IMG/VR virus record: IMGVR_UViG_3300037808_001257 | Location: 1-55,669 of that record | Length of the DNA stretch: 55,669 bases | Reading direction: 5' to 3' (one strand) | Source: a virus | Lineage: Duplodnaviria > Caudoviricetes | In this document: piece after piece, positions 47,846 to 55,669 of the stretch | How positions within the stretch are numbered: the stretch's first letter is position 1 | Layout of the letters: each line of letters starts with the position of its first letter | Notes under the pieces: generated by a model | The model's database searches: none | Seen by the model: the letters and a program-made list of their open reading frames with translations, nothing else | Told to the model about the DNA's origin: nothing | Made by a program: the position numbers and the translations under genes

Positions 47846-48790
47846 ATGACTTTTGAAAAAGGTAATTTTGTAAAGTTGGTCGCAACTACGACTATCCATC
47901 TGGGAAAAATAGAGAAAAATCTCTCTAAAGAGGATGTAGTGGAGTTTGATGGTTTTGAAGTGAAAGTTTTTGGTCAAACTGTACAGATGCCTGAGTTGAA
48001 GGCGGGCTTGAAGCGTGGTTGGTTGAAACTCCATGAAGGATCTTCTTCTTTGCCAACAGAAAAAGAAGCTGTTGTACCTACACAAGAACCTGCACTTAAG
48101 ATGAAAGTACAGAAAGTTTATGATGAGGAGCGTCCTGTTGCAGAAGTTAAAAAGAAGGAAACTGAATCAGAGAAGAAGAAGTTCCAGGTTATAGTTGAGC
48201 AACAAGAAAATGAGATTATCCCTGTAGCTAAGATCAAGAGTACAAGTGGAGCTACCATTGCAAGTGACAATGCTTCTTCTGGGATTCATGGCGAAGCCGT
48301 TACAATCAATTTAAAAACTGCCTCTAAAGTTAAGACTGTCCTTTCAGATGGTAGCCAAGTTTCTTCAGAGATCAACAGACTAGATAACGTTTCAGCCCGA
48401 CAAGAGTTTCCTATAGTCCGACAAGCTGAAGATGCAGTTGAAGTTTCTTCTTTTGTTGAAATGGCTTCAGAAGAATCTAGTGAGGAGCAACTAGATAATC
48501 TTTTAGAGAGTTTAGACACTCCCGATGAGCAAGCTTTAGAGGATGCTCAGTTATTGCAAGCCATTGAGGGAGAGATCGCTCCAGATCAAGGTGCAGTGAC
48601 GCTAGGTAAGAATGACTCTAAGTTGATTTCTTTGCCTGTAGGCGTAGATTGGGATATGTCTCCACATTGGTCAAAGCGAGCCAAGATCGCAGTTGAGAGA
48701 TATTCAGAGCACCTAGAAATCCTAGAAGCAATAAAAGCTGTAGAAACTAAAGGTGTGGTTAGAGCGATAAATAAGGGTCTTGAGGGATAA
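47846..48790 (+). CDS. Hypothetical protein (late-type upstream motif)
   Basis: 314 aa; AAGGAG RBS; upstream GGTTCTTTTATA. Confidence 0.75.
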   Translation: MTFEKGNFVKLVATTTIHLGKIEKNLSKEDVVEFDGFEVKVFGQTVQMPELKAGLKRGWLKLHEGSSSLPTEKEAVVPTQEPALKMKVQKVYDEERPVAEVKKKETESEKKKFQVIVEQQENEIIPVAKIKSTSGATIASDNASSGIHGEAVTINLKTASKVKTVLSDGSQVSSEINRLDNVSARQEFPIVRQAEDAVEVSSFVEMASEESSEEQLDNLLESLDTPDEQALEDAQLLQAIEGEIAPDQGAVTLGKNDSKLISLPVGVDWDMSPHWSKRAKIAVERYSEHLEILEAIKAVETKGVVRAINKGLEG

Positions 48791-48796
48791 TAGTCT

Positions 48797-49816
48797 TTAT
48801 TTTGAAGATTCTACAATGACTTTTGCTACTCGATAAGGGTCCGCATTTGCATTTGGTCTTCGATCCTCAAAATAGCCTTTTTTATCTCTTGCGGTTGTGA
48901 TTGGGATTCTAACAGAAGCAGTTCTGTCAGAAACTCCCCATTTAAACTCGTCATAGCGACAGGTTTCATGTTTGCCTGTAAGTCGTATTTCATAACCGTC
49001 CCCATACTCGGAGAGGTGTTCAGAAATACGGTTTCCCATAGTAGACATTATTTCTTCTATTACGGCTAGACCTCCTTCAGATCTTGTAGCTTCTGTAGAA
49101 AAATTGATGTGCATTCCTGCTCCATTCCAATCTCCAGTGACAGGCTTCGGTTCGAGTGTTGCAGAAATATTATATTTCTCTCCTATTCTATAAAGTAGCC
49201 AACGTGCTACCCACAGACAATCTGAACCTGTTAGAGGGTCTACTCCCGGACCTCCTACTTGGAACTCCCATTGTCCTGGCATAACTTCCGCATTAATACC
49301 TGTAATCGGTATTTCAGAAGAAATACAAGCCGATAAGTGTTCCTCAACGAGTTCTCTGCCCGAAACTTCGTCTGCACCTACTCCACAGTAATAAGGTCCT
49401 TGTGCGGGAGGGTATCTTCTTTCTGACGGAAACCCTAAAGGTTTTGACCCAAGAAATAATGTATACTCTTGCTCAAACCCTACCCAAGCATCCAAGTTAG
49501 GTTTTTCGTTAAGAATCTCTCTCAACTTAGCTCTGTGGTTTGTAGGGTGTGGGTTTCCATCAACATCGTATACTTCGCAAAGAATGAGGACAGTGTGGAT
49601 TCCTTTTCTTGTGGGGTCAAAGCAATAGAACACAGGTTCTAAAACACAATCAGAGTTATTTCCTTCTGCTTGTTCTGTGGAAGAACCATCGAAAGACCAC
49701 TCAGGAAATACAGATAAGCTGATTTTATCTTCTATTTCGAGGACTCTTGTTTTTGATCTGATTCTTGACGTTGGGTTTCCACCGTCAATCCAAAGATATT
49801 CTGCAATCACATTCAT
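48797..49816 (-). CDS. glnII: Glutamine synthetase type II
   Basis: AEYLWIDG, RSKT, WSFDGSST.QAEG..SD, GFEQEY, QGPYYCGVG, GINAEVMPGQWEFQVG, GDWNGAGMH.NFST, RLTGKHET, GYFEDRRP..NADPY; 339 aa from ATG 49816. Confidence 0.95.
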   Translation of the reverse strand: MNVIAEYLWIDGGNPTSRIRSKTRVLEIEDKISLSVFPEWSFDGSSTEQAEGNNSDCVLEPVFYCFDPTRKGIHTVLILCEVYDVDGNPHPTNHRAKLREILNEKPNLDAWVGFEQEYTLFLGSKPLGFPSERRYPPAQGPYYCGVGADEVSGRELVEEHLSACISSEIPITGINAEVMPGQWEFQVGGPGVDPLTGSDCLWVARWLLYRIGEKYNISATLEPKPVTGDWNGAGMHINFSTEATRSEGGLAVIEEIMSTMGNRISEHLSEYGDGYEIRLTGKHETCRYDEFKWGVSDRTASVRIPITTARDKKGYFEDRRPNANADPYRVAKVIVESSK

Positions 49817-50034
49817 TGTGCTTCTCTCTTTCTGTCTATTTCTCTCTGTAGATACCATATTGCTTTTTTTAAATCCTCTTCCATTTGTTCTTCAGGTTTC
49901 TTACCTGCTCTCAGAATATACTTCAAAGCAGACCCTAAAGAGAAGTTCAACTTGTAAGACTCAATCACATCTATGGCTTCCATATTTTTAGATTGGTAGT
50001 GTTCAGGATGGTTTATTTTCTCGTATGCACTCAA
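49813..50034 (-). CDS. DUF3310-family small protein
   Basis: INHPEHY, EAIDVI, LGSALKYILRAGKK, EDLKKAIWYL. Confidence 0.88.
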   Translation of the reverse strand: MSAYEKINHPEHYQSKNMEAIDVIESYKLNFSLGSALKYILRAGKKPEEQMEEDLKKAIWYLQREIDRKREAQ

Positions 50035-50214
50035 AATACTTCTCCTTCTTTCATAGGATAGTTAAAGCCCTCACCATTTCGCCTTGGATAAGTGGTGTGT
50101 TTTCTTTATATTCTTCTACCCAAGCCCATACTCTTTTATGCGATTATAAGAATCGTTTGGGTATATTAAAGAGACACCTTCGCTGTTATTTCTTTACATT
50201 CTTGGAGTTCTCGC

Positions 50215-50502
50215 TTGGAAAACATCATATTCTTAGAACCTCGCTCTACCTATGACGCTATGATTATTGGTGTCTGCTATACTATCGGTTTTGTTTGTCT
50301 GTCATATGATAAAGACAAGATAATACTGCATTTGAAAGAAGAAATATTAAGCGAGGATGCTAATGTTTCTGAAGAAGATGCAAACATCATGGCGATAGAG
50401 TTTTTCGAGTTTAACATTCTAGGTGCTTACATGGGAGAGGGTTCTCCTGTTTATATCTCAAAAACAGATTTGGAAGATGTGGTAGATTCTTCAGCGTTGT
50501 AG
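50215..50502 (+). CDS. Small acidic phage hypothetical protein
   Basis: YDAMIIG...YDKDKII...EFFEFNILGAYMGE; GGAG RBS before TTG. Confidence 0.7.
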   Translation: MENIIFLEPRSTYDAMIIGVCYTIGFVCLSYDKDKIILHLKEEILSEDANVSEEDANIMAIEFFEFNILGAYMGEGSPVYISKTDLEDVVDSSAL

Positions 50503-50549
50503 TTTGTTGATATGTTTCCTTCTTTTACTTAAGAATGGAGGAGACGAAG

Positions 50550-52307
50550 ATGGATCGTTTTTATTCACATAGTCAACCCTCCCAAGATTTGGCTGGGGTC
50601 AAAACTTGGGTAGATAAATCTCGCCAAGATGGGGTAGAAGAAGACACTTCTACACCACAATCTAGCAGACCTGATTATGCAGATGGTAAGCCACAGAGAG
50701 ATCGTGTTCTTCCTTTACCAAGTGGACACCCCAAAGGTAGAGACGAACAACGTGTTGGCCCTCCAATACATAATGTACCTTCAGACTCAGCAGGGAATAC
50801 AAATACTAAACCCAAGAGTGAATTTGCTATTTCTGACCACCCCGATGGTAAACCCCTCCACCAAAGACCAAGGTCTTCAGGTATTCCTGGAGATCAGTAC
50901 GGCTCTCCACATATAGATCAGTCTCAATCTACAGGAATGAAAAGGAGAGTTCTTTCTTCTGACTCTTACTATGGTCGAGGGAAGATAAATATTCGCCCAC
51001 CTCAGAGGAGACAACGAAAAACGAGGGGGCGTGTCCGTAGGCTTTATAATTTGTATCGTAAAAAAGTACTACGAACAAATCGCAGTAAAGCTAAACAAGA
51101 CAGAAGACGATATTATCGGAGAAATAAAAGGCGTATTCTTATGTATCAGAAGAGACGCAGACAGTCTCCTAAGAGATATGTGCGGTATGATGGAGGTGGG
51201 CAGTATTCACCTACCAAAAAAAATAAAGACATGCGAAATAAGAGGGCGGGTAGTTTTATGGATCTAGAACAAATGAAGAGAGAGGCATTACATGAAGTAA
51301 TGTCGTCTATGTATAAAGAAGTTGTTGCCCCTGTAGAAACTTCAGATGTTAAATTCTCAGAAGAAACACAAGCCCGTTTTAAAAGTGGTCCGGGAAGCAG
51401 ATCTCGACCTAAACAACAGAAGCAAAGAGCCAAGAGAAAGAAACAAACAGGAGGTTCGCTCTTACAATCAAGACGTAAGGCGAAAGCTTATTACCGAAGA
51501 AATAAAAGTAAGATTAAGCGTAATGTGAAGACATGGCGTAAAAAATACAAAAACACTCTTAAAAGGTACAAGAGACCAGGTCGTCGGGCTTCAGAGTTAC
51601 AGATGCTTTTGAATATTCCTTGTCGTGTATTAGGATGTGAAGCCATGCTATACAGTGTGAACCCACTACAAAACTCAATCCACATGAGATCTGAAATAGG
51701 GGATTTAGAGATGCCTTTGTCTCACTTCTTCGCATTTGTTGATTGGGAAGATCCTACACAAGAAAAAATGCTTGAAGAAATATATGTTGAGAGCCTTTCA
51801 GATTATTTCTCATTGGAGACAGCAAGAGAGAGCGATTTAGTAAAGAAGACTGCGAGTATTTCTATGAATAGTTTAACTGCACTTCAGATACTCCTAGCGT
51901 GTTTGAGAGGGGCTCATTGGGCACATTGGACAAGTCATTGGCAAGTCAGAGGAGATGCGTACTATGGAGATCATCTTTTAATGGAACGTATGTATGGTGG
52001 TCTTGTAGAGGAAATAGACACACTTGCTGAAAAGATTGTAGGTTCTTATGGTCCAGAAGCTGTTGGTCCTGTTGATCAAGCTCAGATTATGGCAAACACC
52101 CTTCTCCCTATCGTTGAGATGCAAGCACAAGAGCATCCTATTTTAAGAGCTTTAGTCGTAGAACAAGCTTTACAGAAGGTCTTCAAAAGAGTGTATGAGT
52201 TTCTCAAAGAACAGGACACTCTTTCTTTAGGTATGGATGACTTTATTATGTCGTTAGCTTCACAACATGAAACTAATGTATATTTAATCAGACAAAGGTT
52301 GAGATAG
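50550..52307 (+). CDS. Multi-segment protein: P/D/S-rich region, two highly basic R/K tracts, C-terminal Dps/ferritin-like domain
   Basis: HWTSHWQVRGDAYYGDHLLMERMY..LVEEIDTLAEK matches the Dps ferroxidase signature; GGAGGAG RBS favours ATG 50550. Confidence 0.8.
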   Translation: MDRFYSHSQPSQDLAGVKTWVDKSRQDGVEEDTSTPQSSRPDYADGKPQRDRVLPLPSGHPKGRDEQRVGPPIHNVPSDSAGNTNTKPKSEFAISDHPDGKPLHQRPRSSGIPGDQYGSPHIDQSQSTGMKRRVLSSDSYYGRGKINIRPPQRRQRKTRGRVRRLYNLYRKKVLRTNRSKAKQDRRRYYRRNKRRILMYQKRRRQSPKRYVRYDGGGQYSPTKKNKDMRNKRAGSFMDLEQMKREALHEVMSSMYKEVVAPVETSDVKFSEETQARFKSGPGSRSRPKQQKQRAKRKKQTGGSLLQSRRKAKAYYRRNKSKIKRNVKTWRKKYKNTLKRYKRPGRRASELQMLLNIPCRVLGCEAMLYSVNPLQNSIHMRSEIGDLEMPLSHFFAFVDWEDPTQEKMLEEIYVESLSDYFSLETARESDLVKKTASISMNSLTALQILLACLRGAHWAHWTSHWQVRGDAYYGDHLLMERMYGGLVEEIDTLAEKIVGSYGPEAVGPVDQAQIMANTLLPIVEMQAQEHPILRALVVEQALQKVFKRVYEFLKEQDTLSLGMDDFIMSLASQHETNVYLIRQRLR

Positions 52308-52309
52308 TT

Positions 52310-54943
52310 ATGTCTGTAACCAGCTTTTCAGGTCCAGATCGAGATCTCGTTGCTTTCTTTGAGAAGAACGTGGGCATTTTTGAGGTAGTTGTAATAAAAG
52401 ACTTTTGTTTTTTTGAAGTAGAGAAAAGTATCAAAAAGGACTTAAAGTCGTTCTTGGAGGGGTCTCCTTCCTCGATCCGCCCTTGGTCTTTATCTCTATT
52501 CGCTTGGGAGAGGACTCTAGGTAATATTTCTAACTATGATTTAACTTACGACTTCAAGTTAATAGAATCAAATTGGATTCTTAAAATGGTTAGTGGTGTT
52601 CTCACTGCAACAGGCACTGTTAAAGTAACCTTTGAAATGGATTACAAATTAAAAACAGGTACTAGTCATACTAGTGTGTTTTCTACTCAGAAGTCCTTCA
52701 ATCTTAGCATGAAAGAAGATACCGCCTTAAGTAACTTATATTTTATGTACTTGTCGGGGAGCAATCAATATAGGCGTTTCGCTACACAACACTTAATTAA
52801 TAGGTCATATGTGGACTATTGTGGGGATGGAAGAAGTCCAAGAGCCAACAAGTTAGCTACTAGATATTCAGTGGAAAAACAGTATGGTAAGAAAGCAGAT
52901 TTCTACAGAGAAGTTTCACCCCCAGACTCTCTCTCTAGCTTTACGACAGGAACTCCTGTTGGGGATTCAGAAAATCCTGATGGCACAAAAGACAACAGTG
53001 CTTTACCCGATGGAGATTCTGCAAGAAATATAGGCAGACCTTCTCCCGACTCACCTAACCTTAAATATCGTAATTTAGATAAATCTGAGGCTAATGGTAG
53101 AACACCTGCGAACAAACTTGATCTAGGCTATGTACATGACAGTGGTTCAGGTTCTGCTAGGGTTATCCCTTATGATAGTGGGTTTGAGAATAATAGCTCT
53201 CCTCTTAGAAATGCTTCGACCAAAGTTAAACCCATGTTTTTAGGGTCAGAAAGTGGAGCAATGGCTTACGATTTCTACTTTATGCGAGTCGAAAAAGACT
53301 ACTATTACCACTACACATACAGAGATCGTGCAGAAGAAATAATTGAAGACGGACATTTAAGACCTAACTTCTACAATGATCAGCCTGGTGCTAAAGGTGC
53401 TTACGCCATTTCTGGTTCTTATGGGCAAGAGGTTACGAGTCTTCAAGTTAGTGGTTCTAGGAAAGAACACATGGATAAAATCGTAGCTCTCAAGTTTAAG
53501 ACTAGAACTGAGCCAAAGTATGGTTACCCCGAAGAAGTCATTTGGGATAAGCCTGTGAAACTTATTCGACCAGAGATTGTGGGCGTTTCAAAAGCAGTAT
53601 CCGATCTGAACCGAAATGAAGACTTGGGAGAGAACTTCAAGGTGTTTTACGACTTCAAGAAGGCTGTCGAGATCAAAAAAGAATATGGGGAATCTAGTTC
53701 TAGGGTTGCAAGTAGATTCCGAATGCGAAGAGGATCTTTGACTAATCTTAGTCAACAGATAAAGCAAGAGTACGGGGTAGAATTATCTCTGCTTGATAAT
53801 GGGGAAATAATAGAATTAATAAAAATAGTGATACCAAAAGACCAAAGAGGGTTAGGTCTTGGGTCTAAGATTATGGGTGAGATTACAGCGTGGGCAGATC
53901 AAAAAGGGAAGATTATTTCTTTAACACCATCTAAGGATTTTGGAGGGTCTTCTGTTTCAAGGCTAGTTAGATTTTACTCTCAGTTTGGGTTTAAGAAGAA
54001 TAAGGGGAGAAATAAAGATTTCAGAACACGAGATACTATGCTCCGATATCCTTCTGAAGCACAAGGGGGGAAAGTAGCGGGGCTGATTAAACCCCCTAAG
54101 AGGTTGATCAACGATATTAATGATTTTGTTTGTCATACTTTCATCACTAACATCCTATATGGAGAAGATGAGTTTAGAGAAGGGTACCCAGAAGAAGAGT
54201 TACAATACTTCAGAGATAACAACTCCTTCACCTCCAAAGAAATAAAAGAGGCTCAGTATTCTGGGCTTGTTTTAAAAGAAATCGACTTCCCGTTGTCTTC
54301 TTATGGATTAGATGACACTCGATATAAAAATCTAAAAGTCTCTGTAAAGTGGGCAGACCCAAAAGGGAGTGCTTCAGCCCACTTCCACCCTGTGACAGGG
54401 GAGTTGTCGTTCTTTTGGATCGGGCAAATTTCTTCTAACTCTCATGGTGCGAAGCATTTTTGTAACTTCCTTAAGAGTATGGTTATCCATGAAGCTACAC
54501 ACGCCATGCAATATGTTAAACATGAAGGTGGTGGTCTACCTGCTAGAAAGAAAAAGCTCCCCTTTAATGTTTATGAATACTCAAAGAGTTCAAATTACCT
54601 AAATAATGTACGATATTTGAAGAATAAATATGGGGAGCGTTATGGAGAAGTCTTCCACACTCTTACTGGTGTTGAGTTTTACCCTGTCCTCTTACAACAG
54701 GTTTTAAGTTTTAGGTTTCATTTCCAAGAGCAGAATAAATCCCACACTAATTCAGATATTCGGAGATACTTGTCCGATAGCGATTTCTTTTTCTTTTTAA
54801 AAGAAGAAATGCCGAAAATGTACCTGAAGGCAGTTGGGATCTTTATAGATGAAGTGAATAAGACTAAAGAAGAAGGTTTATCTTATAAAAAAGCCTCTAG
54901 ACCTATTCGTGTTGCGAGCTTAATAAAAAAGAGTAGCTTCTGA
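52310..54943 (+). CDS. Polyvalent protein: ART-like + GNAT + HEXXH metallopeptidase-like domains
   Basis: YYHYT....EEIIEDGHLRP (ART-like); IPKDQRGLGLGSKIM...LVRFYSQFGF (GNAT); VIHEATHAMQ (zincin). Confidence 0.8.
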   Translation: MSVTSFSGPDRDLVAFFEKNVGIFEVVVIKDFCFFEVEKSIKKDLKSFLEGSPSSIRPWSLSLFAWERTLGNISNYDLTYDFKLIESNWILKMVSGVLTATGTVKVTFEMDYKLKTGTSHTSVFSTQKSFNLSMKEDTALSNLYFMYLSGSNQYRRFATQHLINRSYVDYCGDGRSPRANKLATRYSVEKQYGKKADFYREVSPPDSLSSFTTGTPVGDSENPDGTKDNSALPDGDSARNIGRPSPDSPNLKYRNLDKSEANGRTPANKLDLGYVHDSGSGSARVIPYDSGFENNSSPLRNASTKVKPMFLGSESGAMAYDFYFMRVEKDYYYHYTYRDRAEEIIEDGHLRPNFYNDQPGAKGAYAISGSYGQEVTSLQVSGSRKEHMDKIVALKFKTRTEPKYGYPEEVIWDKPVKLIRPEIVGVSKAVSDLNRNEDLGENFKVFYDFKKAVEIKKEYGESSSRVASRFRMRRGSLTNLSQQIKQEYGVELSLLDNGEIIELIKIVIPKDQRGLGLGSKIMGEITAWADQKGKIISLTPSKDFGGSSVSRLVRFYSQFGFKKNKGRNKDFRTRDTMLRYPSEAQGGKVAGLIKPPKRLINDINDFVCHTFITNILYGEDEFREGYPEEELQYFRDNNSFTSKEIKEAQYSGLVLKEIDFPLSSYGLDDTRYKNLKVSVKWADPKGSASAHFHPVTGELSFFWIGQISSNSHGAKHFCNFLKSMVIHEATHAMQYVKHEGGGLPARKKKLPFNVYEYSKSSNYLNNVRYLKNKYGERYGEVFHTLTGVEFYPVLLQQVLSFRFHFQEQNKSHTNSDIRRYLSDSDFFFFLKEEMPKMYLKAVGIFIDEVNKTKEEGLSYKKASRPIRVASLIKKSSF

Positions 54944-54992
54944 TTTTATTTAAACCTTTATAGATTTCCTTAGTAGAAAGAGGAGATCTAAA

Positions 54993-55199
54993 ATGCAGAA
55001 ATATAAAGACTCTTGTATTGAAACACAACCTGTCATTTATGTGGGTGTGGAAAGACAAGAAGCCAAAGGTTTTGATTCGATCAAACTCATACTAGAAGAC
55101 GCTAAAGGTTTAATCTATTCAGAATCTCACATAAAAGGGGTTATTTCTGTCCGTATGGTAAACAATATCTTAGAAATCTATGTTAAAGAGAGAGGCTAA
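54993..55199 (+). CDS. Small hypothetical protein
   Basis: 68 aa, GAGGAG RBS. Confidence 0.7.
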   Translation: MQKYKDSCIETQPVIYVGVERQEAKGFDSIKLILEDAKGLIYSESHIKGVISVRMVNNILEIYVKERG

Positions 55200-55201
55200 A
55201 T

Positions 55202-55669
55202 ATGTACCATCATCTTTCATTGGCAGTTCGAGATCGAATTATAAGAGAACTTAGATCTTATTGGACTGATCATCCTAGATATGAAGATTTCGCTAAGAAT
55301 ATACAGGGAAAATACTCTTTTGAAGAACGTCCTCAGTTTGGGATGATTGTAAAAACTAGTGGTGCGAGCAATGTGGTTTTCAGTCCAAATAACTTTATCG
55401 CCACCGTTGAGGGTTTTGTTTCTTTAGCGAGAGTTCCAGATAAGACTTATGGCTCGATAGAGTGGGTGCGAGAAGACTCCTTCTCAGAAAGAGAAGCAGG
55501 TGTCCATATTATTTCTGTCTTTGAGCCAGATCGTACTGACCCTAGTGTTCGAGAGCATGATGTCTATGTTCAGAGATACGAGAGGATAAAAGAAAACCCT
55601 CCGATATTCATATCTAAAACAGAAATACTTCTTTCTGATCTACCTATTGAAGATAGCTTAAGGGTGGTC
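55202..55669 (+). CDS. Hypothetical, probably structural protein (3'-truncated by the window)
   Basis: Open frame MYHHLSLAVRDRIIRELRSYW... runs to the window end; GAGG RBS. Confidence 0.7.
   Translation, partial: MYHHLSLAVRDRIIRELRSYWTDHPRYEDFAKNIQGKYSFEERPQFGMIVKTSGASNVVFSPNNFIATVEGFVSLARVPDKTYGSIEWVREDSFSEREAGVHIISVFEPDRTDPSVREHDVYVQRYERIKENPPIFISKTEILLSDLPIEDSLRVV

Noticed and set aside
421-53115. Numerous short overlapping ORFs in the six-frame track
   Set aside because: They lie antisense or out of frame within well-supported genes and show no recognisable motifs.
1-55669. Stop-codon reassignment
   Set aside because: Known genes are full length in the standard code. All three stops end genes, and the genes after TAG stops at 6293 and 52307 are out of frame.
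1-55669. tRNA or rRNA genes
   Set aside because: No cloverleaf or T-loop signature seen by eye in the intergenic gaps; tRNAscan-SE would be needed to exclude them.

Overview
A densely coding, AT-rich, mostly + strand segment of a large tailed dsDNA bacteriophage (Caudoviricetes, probably jumbo-sized; host not determinable from this window). It runs from the end of a tail-fibre-like gene, through a giant SNF2 helicase and a replication/nucleotide block (HolB-like, HolA-like, NrdJ, RecD2, SSB-like, ThyX, PIN-PhoH, dCMP deaminase), into a head module (intein-containing TerL, portal, prohead protease, acidic scaffold, decoration protein, 291-aa major capsid protein). After that come repeat-bounded accessory genes, a type II glutamine synthetase and multi-domain proteins. 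The most interesting signal is a putative capsid-cargo system: many unannotated genes share an upstream TAGTTnnTTTAT-like motif, and their products carry recurring [KR]-x-A-[S/G/T] motifs in N-terminal leaders and at junctions between unrelated domains (ART-like, GNAT, HEXXH, Dps-like, ParB-like). Leader-plus-cargo cassettes sit behind the capsid gene, delimited by a repeated terminator. A metallothionein-like / class III cyclase / 2TM operon is a second candidate system. All calls come from motif recognition by eye; no searches were run.
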